This document shows positions 1 to 13,880 of a DNA stretch of 64,000 nucleotides, one piece after another. The DNA comes from an uncultured delta proteobacterium (GTDB lineage Bacteria > Myxococcota > Myxococcia > Myxococcales > Myxococcaceae). Every line of letters starts with the position of its first letter. Position 1 is the first letter of the stretch. The notes beneath the pieces were generated by a model that was given only the letters and a program-made list of their open reading frames with translations, was not told where the DNA came from and ran no database searches. The translations under genes and the position numbers were made by a program. The stretch is from the NCBI GenBank assembly GCA_963776345.1, contig CAVZMH010000018.1, positions 32,001 through 96,000 on the forward strand, in the 5' to 3' direction.

Positions 1-1264
1 CACGGCGTGCCGGTGGTGAACCCGCCGCCGGCCGCTCCGTTCCAGGGCATGGGAGTGCGCTTGGCCTCGTCCCCGTCCGCGGTGCCGTTCAGCAGACCGA
101 TCTCCTCGCCGTAGTAGAGGAACGGCGTGCCGGGCAGGGTGAGGAGGATGGCCGCGGCGCTCCGGAGCTTGCCCGCGTCTCCCTTGAGCACGCTCGCCAC
201 CCGGCGCATGTCGTGGTTGGTGAGGAACGGCACGTCGGTCGCGCCGGGCGGGTAGGTGTCCGCGACCTCGCGCAAGGTCTGCGCGATGCCGAGCGACTCG
301 CCCATCTGGACCGCCTCCACCAGGTGCTTGGCCATGGGGAAGTCGAAGTTGAGCGGGAGCTCGTCGCCACCCGGGACCGCCTCGGTCGAGCCGTAGTACG
401 GCGCGATCTTCGGGGTCTCGGTCCAGGCCTCGCCGACCAGCAGCGCGTCCGGGCGCACCGACCGCACGTGCGCGGCGAACTCCTTCCAGAAGGCGTGCGT
501 CTCGGGCGTGTCGTTCTGGCCGTCGCCCCCGCCGTCCTCGATGAGGTGCCGGGCTGCGTCCAGGCGGAATCCGTCCACGCCACGGGCAAGCCAGAACGCC
601 GCCAGCCGCTTGGCCTCGGCCCGCACCGCCGGCGCGCGGAAGTTCAGGTCCGGCATCCCGGCCCAGAACAGCCCGTAGTAGTAGGCGCCGTTCTTCTTGT
701 GCCATGTGCTGCCGGCGGCGTTCCACGGCTGCCCCAGCCGAGGTCGGTGGGGCTCCACACGTACCAGTCGCGCTTCGGCGAGCCCGGGCCCGACGCCGAG
801 TCGATGAACCAGGGGTGCTGGTTCGAGGTGTGGTTGAGGACCAGGTCGACGATGACGTGCATCCCGCGGCGGTGGGCCTCGGTGCACAGCCGGGTCAGGT
901 CCTCATTCGTCCCGTAGTCGGGATTGACCCGCTCGTAATCGGTGGTGTCGTAGCCGTGGTAGCTCGGCGAGGCGAACACCGGCATGAGCCACAGCGCGTC
1001 CACGCCGAGGTCCTGGTCGGTCTCGGGCTTGCCGTCGTTCAGGTAGTCGAGCCGGGAGATGAGCCCCGGGAGGTCGCCCTTCCCGTCGCCGTTCGAGTCC
1101 TGGAAGCTGCGGACGAAGACCTCGTAGAAGACTGCGCCGTTGGCCCAGCTCTCGAAGGTGCGTGGCCGCTCCGCGACGGGCGCCGTCGCCGGAGGCGGCC
1201 GTGACGCAGTGCAGCCGAGTCCGGCGAGGAGGACGAGCAGCGTCGTGGCCCGTCCGCGGCGCAC
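1..1264 (-). CDS. GH13 alpha-amylase family lipoprotein; frameshift at ~733; 3' end runs off the window
   Basis: Motifs [25 protein letters not shown] and DLVLNH. After a shift in a G-run the frame continues [34 protein letters not shown]. Lipobox LAGLGC; start codon (GTG 1264) uncertain. Confidence 0.9.
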
Positions 1265-1322
1265 CGCGCGCCGTCCCTGTTTGCATTGCCCGGGGACTCC
1301 GAACGGTTCAATCTCCGTCGCC

Positions 1323-4823
<3,501 letters not shown>

Positions 4824-4834
4824 ACGTGGGTCCG

Positions 4835-6628
4835 ATGACCGAGCAACGCCTCCACCGTACGCTGTGCCTCACCGCCGTCCTCGTCGCCCTCGCCGGCTGC
4901 GGCTCGAGCAGCGGCAACAACGACGCCGGCACCTGGAGTCCCGGCCAGCCGCTCACCCTGAACGTGGGCGCCACCTTCCCGGCCGGGACGGTGGTCCGCG
5001 ACGTCTCCTCGAACACCACGGCCACCGTGAGCTCGCAGGGCACGGTGAGCTTCACCCCGGACTCGAGCGGGCTCCTGCTGCTGGAGAAGGACGGGGCGGC
5101 GCCCACCCCGTTCAGCTGGGCGAATGCCACCGTCTATTTCCTGCTCACCGACCGCTTCTTCAACGGGGACCCATCGAACGACAACTCGTACGGCACGCGG
5201 CCGAAGGACGGGGCGGACGAGATCGGCACCTGGCACGGCGGGGACTGGAAGGGCGTCACAGCGAAGCTGGACCACATCGCCAGCCTCGGGGCGACGGCGA
5301 TCTGGATCTCGCCCATCGTCGAGCAGGTGCACGGCTGGGTGGGCGGCGGCACCGGCGACTTCAAGCACTACGGCTACGCGGGGTATTGGGCGCTCGACTT
5401 CACCCGGCTCGACGCGAACTGGGGGAACGAGGCAGACCTCCGGGCGCTGGTGGACGCCGCCCACGCCCGGGGCATCCGGGTGCTGGTCGACGTGGTGCTG
5501 AACCATCCGGGTTACGCGACCGGCGACGACCTGGTGGCGTACCTGCCCTCGGTCTTCTTCGACGGCACGGGCGATGCGTTCATGGCGTTCGTCCCGCCGG
5601 CGGGCCGTGGCTATCAGGCCTGGAACGACCTGGTGAACTACAACTCCAGCGACTGGGTGAAGTGGTGGACGCCGGTGTGGATCCGGGCCGGCTTCCCGGG
5701 GTTCCCACCGTCGGGGAGCACCGACGAGACCCGCCAGCTGAGCTCGCTCCCGGACTTCCGGACCGAGTCGACCGACGCCGCGCCGCGGCCGCCCTTCTTC
5801 GACCAGAAGACCGACACGGCCTTCGTCGGGACGGCAAACACCACGGTCCGCCAGTACCTGGTGAAGTGGCACACCGACTGGCTCACGCAGTTCGGGTTCG
5901 ACGGCTTCCGCTGCGACACGGCGAAGAACGTCGAGCTCGCCTCGTGGAAGGCGCTCAAGGACGCCGCGGTCCCGGCGCTGGCGGCGTGGAAGAGCGCCAA
6001 CCCGACCAAGAAGCTCGACGACGCGCCGTTCTGGATGACCGGCGAGGTCTTCGGCCACGGCGTCGAGAAGGACGCGTACTACTCCGACGGCGGGTTCGAC
6101 TCGCTCATCAACTTCGACTTCCAGCGCTTCCTGCTCTCGTACCTCACCACCAGGGGCTCGCTGGTCGCTGCCCAGGCCGACGTCGAGGCGCTCTACTCGA
6201 GCTACGCGGCGCTGATCTCCGCCGACCCGACCTTCGACGCGCTCTCGTACCTATCGTCGCACGACACGCAGCTCTTCTACGCCGCGCTGAACCAGCAGCC
6301 GTCGCTGCAGAAGCAGGCCGGCACCGCACTGCTCCTCGCTCCGGGCGGGGTGCAGATCTTCTACGGCGACGAGAGCGGGCGGCCGCTCGGCAAGTCGGGA
6401 AGCGACCCCACGCAGGGCACCCGCTCGGACATGAACTGGGCCACCATGGACCCGGACATGCTCGCCCACTGGCAGAAGGTGGGCGGGTTCCGGAAGCGCC
6501 ACGGGGCAATCGGCGGCGGGGCGCACCAGAAGCTCCAGGCGCCATCGAACGTCTACGCCTTCTCGCGGACCCTGAAATCGGGCAACGTGGACGACGCCGT
6601 GGTGGTGGCCATCACCCCCACCAACTGA
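4835..6628 (+). CDS. Alpha-amylase (GH13, MalS-like) lipoprotein
   Basis: Motifs YFLLTDRF, WHGGD, GYWALDFT, DVVLNH, DGFRCDTAK, GEVF and SSHDT. Lipobox LAGC. Confidence 0.9.
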   Translation: MTEQRLHRTLCLTAVLVALAGCGSSSGNNDAGTWSPGQPLTLNVGATFPAGTVVRDVSSNTTATVSSQGTVSFTPDSSGLLLLEKDGAAPTPFSWANATVYFLLTDRFFNGDPSNDNSYGTRPKDGADEIGTWHGGDWKGVTAKLDHIASLGATAIWISPIVEQVHGWVGGGTGDFKHYGYAGYWALDFTRLDANWGNEADLRALVDAAHARGIRVLVDVVLNHPGYATGDDLVAYLPSVFFDGTGDAFMAFVPPAGRGYQAWNDLVNYNSSDWVKWWTPVWIRAGFPGFPPSGSTDETRQLSSLPDFRTESTDAAPRPPFFDQKTDTAFVGTANTTVRQYLVKWHTDWLTQFGFDGFRCDTAKNVELASWKALKDAAVPALAAWKSANPTKKLDDAPFWMTGEVFGHGVEKDAYYSDGGFDSLINFDFQRFLLSYLTTRGSLVAAQADVEALYSSYAALISADPTFDALSYLSSHDTQLFYAALNQQPSLQKQAGTALLLAPGGVQIFYGDESGRPLGKSGSDPTQGTRSDMNWATMDPDMLAHWQKVGGFRKRHGAIGGGAHQKLQAPSNVYAFSRTLKSGNVDDAVVVAITPTN

Positions 6629-6645
6629 TCCGAGCGTTGCCAGAG

Positions 6646-7164
6646 ATGACCGTCCGACTCACCGCCGCCTCGCTGCTGCTGGCTCTCGCCGCCGGCTGCA
6701 ACGATGGTGGCCCCTTCAACCCCGACGCGGGTTTCCCCGCCTTCGATGTCACCATCGGCGGCGTCCGCCTGGTGGCCAACTCCAGCGCGGCGATCGCCAG
6801 CGGCAACGTCTTCACCGTGCTGCTCAGCGATCAGCCCAACGCCTGCCAGCAGTACGGCCACTACCCGGCGCGGACCTGGACCACGCTGACCATGAAGCTG
6901 GCAGCCTCGACCAGCACGCCCACCGTGGGCACCGTGGTCCCGCAGCAGGCGCTGCCTGGCCCCGGTCAGGTGGTGGGCACGCTGGTGAAGGCCACGGCAG
7001 ACCGGCCGCCGAGCGCCAACCTCGACGCCCAGGACGGCACCGTCACCTGGAGGTCCAACATCGACTTCAGCCTCACGCTCCAGTCGATCGACGTCGGGTT
7101 CGCCGGGACGTCCGACCGGTTGACGGTGCAGGCCATCGGCGTGCCCCCATGCACGCCGCAGTAG
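6646..7164 (+). CDS. Hypothetical lipoprotein
   Basis: Signal peptide and lipobox MTVRLTAASLLLALAAGC; beta-rich body; starts 17 bp after the amylase stop. Confidence 0.7.
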   Translation: MTVRLTAASLLLALAAGCNDGGPFNPDAGFPAFDVTIGGVRLVANSSAAIASGNVFTVLLSDQPNACQQYGHYPARTWTTLTMKLAASTSTPTVGTVVPQQALPGPGQVVGTLVKATADRPPSANLDAQDGTVTWRSNIDFSLTLQSIDVGFAGTSDRLTVQAIGVPPCTPQ

Positions 7165-7168
7165 GCGG

Positions 7169-9814
7169 CTACGGCGGCGCGGGCAGGGTGATGATCGCCG
7201 TGTCGTCGATGATCAGCGGATCCGTGCTCTGGCCTCCGCCGAAGTCCCACTGCCCACCGCTGGGCGTGAGCGGCCGGAAGTTCCCGCCGATGCCGTCGAA
7301 GTCCCAGGTCGTCAGGTAGACCTTCACCCCGGCCCAGGTGGCGAGCCCGTAGTTGGTGCGGTTGTAGGAGAAGGTCACGGTCTTGGTCGCCTGATCGGCG
7401 AACACCACCGGCGGGATGGTCGTCGTCCCGTAGGCCGAGTCCGTCGCTCCCTGCGTGGTGTACATCGCGTTGTTCCAGCCGTAGGTGAACTGGTCCAGGC
7501 TCCAGGTCAGCCCGCCCGGCATCGAGGCGTTCAGCTTGGGAAAGACCGTGAGCCCCTGCTGGCCGGGAATGGCGAAGAAGATGTTGAAGGCGACGTGGTC
7601 GAAGCCGAGCGCCGGCTTCCACACCACGCTCCAGTCCGCCATCGTCACGTGGAGGAGCATGGTGGTCTTGCCGACCTCTGCCACCACCTTGGTGATGTCC
7701 CCGAAGTGCTTCCCGGTGAACGTCATGTCCTGGGGATAGGTGTACGTCTTCCCCTGGGGACCGGTGTCGTCGCCGGCCGGGTCGTCCAGGGTGACCGAGT
7801 TGCCGACGAAGACGATGTTGCTGGTGAACTTCAGCCGCGGGGTCGAGACGTGCACCGCCGGCGCATAGAAGGCGAGCGTGTGGCTGGCGGTCCCGATGGG
7901 GAAGTTCGAGACCGGAAGCACGATGCTCCAGGTGCCGTCCGGCTTGACGTTGACATCCGTGGCCCGGTCGTACGCGCCGTCGATCACCATCTTCAGCGCG
8001 GTGCTCGCCGGGCTCACCGAGCCGGTCACCGTCACGTCGTCGGTGAAGGTCTGGCCGTCGATGGTGGTGCTGACCGTGATGGTGGCCCCGGGCGGGGGAA
8101 CGGTGGTCACCTGGGTGGTCGCCTGGAGGATCTGCACCGAGCGCCCCGGGAGGACGGCCACGATGGCCCCGCCGTCACCCACGGACACCAGCGTGCCCGC
8201 CGGCACCGCCGGGGTGAAGCCCTCGGCATCGAGCACCGAGAGCTGCGTGCCGGCAGGCAGGCCGGTGGGCAACCCGGACATGAGCGTGTTGCCGTCCGAG
8301 GTGTTCATCACCACGAAGAAGGTGTCGCTCCCTAGCGCGCGGCGATAGGCGAACACGCCCGGCGACGCCTCGTTGTCGTACAGCACGTCCAGCGAGCCCT
8401 GGGTGAACGCCTTGTTCGCCTTGCGGATGTCCGCCAGCTTCTTCAAGAAGAAGTAGCGATCGCCCGGGAGGAACGAGTCGCCGTTCGCCTTCCAGCCCCC
8501 GGCGAACATCGCGGCGCGCGTCTCGGTGAAGTCCTGCTCGGTGCCGTAGTAGACGATCGGAATGCCCGGGATGGTGAAGATCAGCGCCAGCGCCTGGATC
8601 ATCGCCTTCCGGCTGCCCACCGCGAGGAAGCGCTGGTTGTCGTGGTTGTCGATGAAGGTCGGCGTGGCGTAGGGGTTGGGGTACAGCGACGGGTCCATGA
8701 AGCGCCCGAGCCGGTAGCTCAGGTACGAGGTCGGCTGCCCGCCGGTGAAGACGCGGTTGATCTCCGAATAGAGCGGATACGCGAGCAATGCCGGCAGCTC
8801 GGGGCTTCCCGCATCGCCCTGGTAGCTCGCCACCTTCTGGTCCGCGACGGCGCTCAGCGGGTCGGAGTTCTCGAAGACCTCCCCGAAGGCGAAGAAGCGG
8901 TCGCGCCCGGTGGACCTGGCGGCGGCCATCATCCCCGGCGCGTCCGCGGCAGTGGAGTAGAAGAAGTCGTTCCAGAAGGCGTGCGGGACGTACTTCACCG
9001 TGTCCACCCGGAACGCGTCGACGCCCACCTCCTTGATCCAGTAGCCGTACGAGTCGCGGAGCGCGGTGCGCACCGTGGCGTTCTCCGTGTTCAGGTCATC
9101 CAGGTCCGACACCTGGTAGTTCAGCTCCTGGTTCGCGTCGAAGTAGTCGGTGATGACCGGCGTCCAGTGGTAGACGCCGGCGTCTCGCTGTGCCGGGTCG
9201 CGCGGATCGTCCTGGTCGAACGGTGACTGCTCGGGCCTCGCCGTCGGCACCGCCTGGGTGTTCATCACCACGTTCTTCGAGACGTCCGAGGGGTCGTAGC
9301 TCGACTAAGTGAAGAAGTTCCCCATGTGATTCGGGACCACGTCCTGGATGAGGTACATCCCGCGCTTGTGCAGGGCGTCGCTCAGCGCCTTGTAGGTGTC
9401 GAGCGTGCCCAGGTGCTCGTCCACCTTCTTGAGATTCCGCGCCCAGTACCCGTGGTAGCCGCCGGACTGCTGCAGCGGGTCCCACCACATGTTCGCCACG
9501 GGCGGGGTGATCCAGATCGCGGTCGCGCCCAGCCCCTGGATGTAGTCCAGCTTGTCGATGAGTCCCTTGAGGTCGCCGCCGGAGTACTTGTCCGGGTTGG
9601 TCGGATCGAACTCGTCCCTTCGCTTGGTTGTCGTTCGACCTGTCCCCGTTCGCGAAGCGGTCGGTCATCACGAAGTAGACGACCTGCTCCTCCCAGGCGG
9701 GCGAGGGGACGTGGAGCTTCAGCTGCGAGGGCGGCGGCTCCGACGGCGCGACGAGCATCCGAGCGCGACGACGCCGACCACCAGCCACCACGCCCACCGA
9801 CGAACAGGTTCCAT
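7169..9814 (-). CDS. GH13 amylase/CGTase-like lipoprotein with C-terminal glucodextranase DOMON-like domain; frameshifts at ~9750 and ~9620, in-frame TAG at 9305-9307
   Basis: Segments join as MEPVRR..VALGC / YFVMTDRFANGD / GGDLKG..GYHGYWA..DVVPNH / DAFRVDTVK, GEVF, FIDNHD. C-terminal LDDPAGDDTGP..YTYP domain. Confidence 0.85.
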
Positions 9815-9880
9815 CCAGTGCCTCCCGGAGGCGGTCGACCGCCGGTCCGGCCAGGGATCTACGCCGAAGCGGGCCCCCGG

Positions 9881-10009
9881 CGCACGAGATGCAGCACGTC
9901 GGCGCTGACATCGCGCGCAAGCGGTGCACCGGGCTCGGCGCCGGATCCGCACGGGTTGCGTCGGGTCCGGCACAATCAGAGTGTTCCCCTCGTTGGCGCA
10001 GTGTGTGCA
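9881..10009 (+). promoter_or_regulatory. Three YGCA-N5-TGCR palindromes plus a sigma-54 -24/-12 promoter
   Basis: CGCACGAGATGCA at 9881, CGCAAGCGGTGCA at 9916, CGCACGGGTTGCG at 9948; TGGCGCAGTGTGTGCA (GG-N10-GC) at 9994-10009. Confidence 0.65.
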
Positions 10010-10023
10010 CGATGCGGGCCCCC

Positions 10024-10623
10024 ATGGAACGCGCAGACCTCGCCACGCGCTCCGGAGACGCTCCCGCGTTCTCCGGCCTCGTCCGTTCGCTCGTCGACTG
10101 GTACGGGGGGCTCTTCGCACCGAGCGCCACCGTCGAGGAGATCACCTCCCGGGTGCAGCTGCCCGCGCCTCCGGACCGGGTCTGGGGCTCACTCAAGTTC
10201 TACGAGGAGGTCCCGTCCCGTCCTGGGGCCTTGCTCCGGATCGGCCTGCCCGCCCCGGTGCGCTCCGAGGGCGAGAAGACCCGCGTCGGGGGCACCGTCC
10301 GCTGCGTCTACGAGGGCGGGTACGTCCTCAAGCGCACCACCTCGGCCGAGCCACCGAACGTGCTCCGCTTCGAGGTGTTCGAGCAGAGGCTCGGGCTCGA
10401 GCGGTGCCTCTCGCTGAGCGATGGCGTCTACGAGATCCGGGCCGTTCCCGGCGGCTCCGAGGTGGCGCTGACCACGAGGTATCGTGGTCACCTCCGCCCG
10501 CGGGGAGTGTTCCGGCCCCTCGAGCGGCGGCTGGCCCACGAGATCCACGGGCACATCCTCGCGGGGATGCGCACCGCGCTGGAGACGGCCGCGGCCTCCC
10601 GGATCGAGGCGAAGGTCGGTTGA
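10024..10623 (+). CDS. SRPBCC/START-like (polyketide cyclase-like) protein
   Basis: Pattern APPDRVW..., GGTVRCVY, EPPNVLRFEV, GSEVALTTRY and a C-terminal helix. Confidence 0.65.
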   Translation: MERADLATRSGDAPAFSGLVRSLVDWYGGLFAPSATVEEITSRVQLPAPPDRVWGSLKFYEEVPSRPGALLRIGLPAPVRSEGEKTRVGGTVRCVYEGGYVLKRTTSAEPPNVLRFEVFEQRLGLERCLSLSDGVYEIRAVPGGSEVALTTRYRGHLRPRGVFRPLERRLAHEIHGHILAGMRTALETAAASRIEAKVG

Positions 10624-10772
10624 GAGCGGTCCGCGGCGGCGCTGACGGAGCATCGGAGTCCGGAGACAGGGAACGGCCTGCCCCGAGGGAACGCGGCCGG
10701 CCCGTGAGGATGGCGCGGCTGCCAGGAAGGTGCTGGCCTGGGCCCCAGCCGTGGCAGGTTGCAGAGGCTGCA

Positions 10773-11018
10773 TTCCGGGGATGCCGAGTGCAACGCTGCA
10801 TCCCGAAACGATCTCTCGGGAGGGCGGGGGGGGCAGGGCGAGCTGTCATCGCGAGAGGATTGGAAGGCTCGGGGACGTGGAGTGCAGTTCGGGTATGCCG
10901 AGTGCGATGCCACGTCCCGGAACGGACGCTTCCACGTTCGGGAAGTGCGGCCTCGGCCGGGTCCCCCCACCCAGGCGAGAGATCGTTCCGGGATGCCACG
11001 TGCAACTCCACATCCCGG
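10773..11018. repeat. REP/BIME-like cluster of three imperfect palindromes between convergent genes
   Basis: Units at 10773-10817, 10888-10924 and 10977-11018 resemble TTCCGGGATGCC-x-GTGCAAC-x-CATCCCG. 10798-10817 and 10977-10996 form a 19/20 inverted repeat. Confidence 0.7.
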
Positions 11019-11214
11019 CGGCGCTCTCGTTCCCAGTCCTGAGCGGCCGGAACGTGCGGAGGCCGTCCGGGACTTCGCACTGCCCGCGGTGCCCGGCGAG
11101 CCCCGTGTCCGCTCGAGGCCAGGCACCGCGTTCATCCGGGTACTGCAGACCGGACGGACGCAGAAGACCACCTCCCGCAGGGTCGCCGGAGCGACAGACC
11201 TCACCTCACGGGTC

Positions 11215-13308
11215 TCAGCCGTGCGCGGCGCTCGCCGGCTCGAGCCGGCACACGGCCGAGCGGAACGCCGGGAACCCGGAGATCGGATCCCGCCGCTCGC
11301 CGTCGATGAGGAGGTTGGCGTTCGCCTCCTCCCAGCCGGCCGGCATCACCGCCACGTCCGGCCGCACCTCGGTGGTCACCGAGAGCCGCAGCTCCACCCT
11401 GCCCACGGGTGACACCACCGCGACGCGCTGGCCGTGCGCGAGGCCCGCGGCCCGGGCGGCGTCCGGATGCACCCTGAGCAGCGGCTCCGGCTCCAGCAGC
11501 CGGATGCGCGCCACCTGACGGAACTGCGAGTTGATGTACGCCCGCGTCCGGGGGCCGGTGACGAGCATCAGCGGGAACTCGGAGGTCGGCCGCAGGGACG
11601 GCGGCGTCCACTCGGGAAGGGCAGGGTGGCCCGCCCGGGCGAGGAGCCCCGAGGCGAGCTCGATCTTCCCGGACGGGGTCCCCACCGCGGGCGGCCCCGA
11701 CCCCGGCTCGAACCCCGGCGCGAGCTCCGGCGCCGCCGGCACCAGGACCCGCGGGGCGCGCTCCGCCTCCGCCCAGCTCCTCCAGGGGAACCACGCGCCC
11801 AGGCCCATCGCCCGGGCCAGCTCGAACACCACCTTCCAGTCCGGCCAGGCCTCGTGCTGCGGCGGCACCACGCCCTCCGACTCGGCAAAGGTCGCCGCCG
11901 GCAGGACCACGTGCGCCCGGCGCCCGCTCGCGGTGAGGAACGGGTCCACCGACACCAGCAGCTCGAGCCGCTCGGCCGCGCGCGCCAGCGCCGCGCTCCC
12001 CGGCGAGGTCACCAGCCCGTTCGAGGCCACCAGCACCAGCGCGCGGACCGGGTAGGGCCGGTCCTCGAGGATCGCCCGGGCCAGGAGATTTCCCTGCGCC
12101 TCGCGGTTGAACATCTCGAACAGCGGATGCTCCGCTGCGCCCACCGCTCGCGCGCTCACCGGTGGCGGCACGGGCTCGGGCGTGCGGAGGCGGGGCAGGG
12201 CGGGCAGGGGGCCGGCAGCGGCCGCGGACCGCACGGGCGTGAGGTCCTGTCGAATCTCCGGCTCGCCCGGGCGCCGGCAGAGCGCCTCGAGCGCGGCGAT
12301 GGCCCGCACGGTCTGGACGCCGTTCTCGTGGTGCTCGACCCCGAGGCCCGGCCAGATGGCGGTCGGGGTCTCGGTCCCGAGCAGCCGCGCCGCCCGGAGG
12401 ATCTGCGCCTCGGGAACGCCGGTGAGCGCCGCGGTCCGCGCCGGCGGGTAGGAGGCGGCCAGCTCCGCCAGCGCCTCGAACCCCACCGTCTCGCGCGCGA
12501 GGAGCGGCCGATCCACGAGACCCTCGGCCACCAGCACGTGCACCAGGCCGAGCGCGAGCGCGCCATCGGTCCCCGGCCGCACCGCGAGATGCTCCGTCGC
12601 CACGGCCGCCAGCTCCGTGCGGACCGGGTCCACCACCACCAGCCGCCCGTCCGTCGCCTTGTGCGCCACCACGTGCGCCAGGAGCGGGGTGCTGTGGGTG
12701 GGATTGGTGCCCCAGACGACCAGCGTCCGCGTCTGCCGGAGGTCGTGCCGGTACTTGCTGCCCACGGTGAGCGCCTGGCCCATCCGCCCGGAGGTCTCGC
12801 AGAGGCTCGCCACCGAGACGACGTTCGGCGTTCCCCAGGCGCGCGCCAGCCGCTGGATCCAGTCCATCAGCGGATGGCGCACCAGCGGCCACCCGGTCTG
12901 GAACGCCACCGCCTCGGGGCCGAAGCGCGCGCGCACCCGGGCCATCCGCTCGGCGATGAACCCCAGCGCGTCGTCCCACGAGCTCTCGACCAGCCGGTCT
13001 CCCCGGCGCACCAGCGGCCGGCGCAGGCGCTCGGGTGAGTGCACCACCGCGGGAAGCGCGTGGCCGTGCTGACAGAGGAAGCCCCGGGTCTCGCCGTCCG
13101 GGTCGCCGTCCACGCGCAGGAGCGTGCTCCCGGACACCCGGCCCGCCAGGTCGCAGTGGAGCAGGCAGAAGCGGCACTGGCCCTTGGTCACCCGGGTGCG
13201 CTCGGGAGCCCGCGCCACCGCGCCGACCGCCACCGCGGCCGCGCCCGCCCCGGCGATGGGGGCCGCCCGGAGCAGGTCCCTCCGCGAGAGCCGCCGGCGA
13301 CCGCTCAT
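11215..13308 (-). CDS. Tat-exported molybdopterin (bis-MGD, DMSO-reductase family) oxidoreductase catalytic subunit
   Basis: Tat motif SRRDLLR; Fe-S motif CRFCLLHC..FLC; motifs SPERLRRPL, SWDDAL, VVVDP, VRPGTDGALA, LPAATFAE; C-terminal molydopterin-binding domain (VHPDAA..GL). Confidence 0.9.
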   Translation of the reverse strand: MSGRRRLSRRDLLRAAPIAGAGAAAVAVGAVARAPERTRVTKGQCRFCLLHCDLAGRVSGSTLLRVDGDPDGETRGFLCQHGHALPAVVHSPERLRRPLVRRGDRLVESSWDDALGFIAERMARVRARFGPEAVAFQTGWPLVRHPLMDWIQRLARAWGTPNVVSVASLCETSGRMGQALTVGSKYRHDLRQTRTLVVWGTNPTHSTPLLAHVVAHKATDGRLVVVDPVRTELAAVATEHLAVRPGTDGALALGLVHVLVAEGLVDRPLLARETVGFEALAELAASYPPARTAALTGVPEAQILRAARLLGTETPTAIWPGLGVEHHENGVQTVRAIAALEALCRRPGEPEIRQDLTPVRSAAAAGPLPALPRLRTPEPVPPPVSARAVGAAEHPLFEMFNREAQGNLLARAILEDRPYPVRALVLVASNGLVTSPGSAALARAAERLELLVSVDPFLTASGRRAHVVLPAATFAESEGVVPPQHEAWPDWKVVFELARAMGLGAWFPWRSWAEAERAPRVLVPAAPELAPGFEPGSGPPAVGTPSGKIELASGLLARAGHPALPEWTPPSLRPTSEFPLMLVTGPRTRAYINSQFRQVARIRLLEPEPLLRVHPDAARAAGLAHGQRVAVVSPVGRVELRLSVTTEVRPDVAVMPAGWEEANANLLIDGERRDPISGFPAFRSAVCRLEPASAAHG

Positions 13309-13880
13309 GCCCGGCCTCCGGTCCGAGCACCGTCCGGGACGATGCGGATCGCCCGCGCCTCCTCGGGGCAGGCCTCCTCGCACAGCCCGCAGCCCACGCA
13401 GCCCTCCGGATGGAACAGCGGCGCCTGCTGCGGGCCGACCAGCTCCACCGCGCGGCTGCCCATCGGACAGACGTAGGCGCAGAGCCGGCAGACGCCCTGG
13501 CCGCTCCAGGGAAGGCACGACCTCCGCTCGAGCACCGGGACGCCGATGCGCACCTCGGCCGCCACCCGCTCCGGCAGCGCCGGAATCCGGGCGAGCGCGC
13601 CGGTGGGGCACGCCTCGGTGCACGCCATGCAGAGCACGCACGGCGCCTCGCGCAGCGCGAGGAACGGATGCCCCGCGTCCAGCCCCGCGCCGCCCGGGAA
13701 GCGAATGGCCCGGGTGGGGCAGACCTCCGCGCAGCGGAAGCAGCCGATGCACGCCCGCTCGAAGTCTCCGGGCGGAAGCGCCCCCGGCGGACGCAGCTCC
13801 GACGCCGCGGCGCGCGGGCGGCGGGCGAGCAGCCCGGACAGCGCCCCGGCGGCGAGCGCGAGCACGCCCCGGCGGTTCAC
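13305..13880 (-). CDS. NapG/MauM-like 4Fe-4S ferredoxin
   Basis: NRR Tat-like leader, LRPPGA, and four Cys clusters (CIGCFRCAEVC, CVLCMACTEAC, C..CRLCAYVC, CVGCGLCEEAC). GGAGG RBS before GTG 13880. Confidence 0.85.
   Translation of the reverse strand: MNRRGVLALAAGALSGLLARRPRAAASELRPPGALPPGDFERACIGCFRCAEVCPTRAIRFPGGAGLDAGHPFLALREAPCVLCMACTEACPTGALARIPALPERVAAEVRIGVPVLERRSCLPWSGQGVCRLCAYVCPMGSRAVELVGPQQAPLFHPEGCVGCGLCEEACPEEARAIRIVPDGARTGGRA

Noticed and set aside
1265..1322. LacI/MalR-like operator (GAACGGTTC) between the divergent GH13 genes
   Set aside because: Single weak match and no cognate regulator in the window.
10773..11018. CRISPR array
   Set aside because: Only three degenerate units with irregular spacing and no cas genes.
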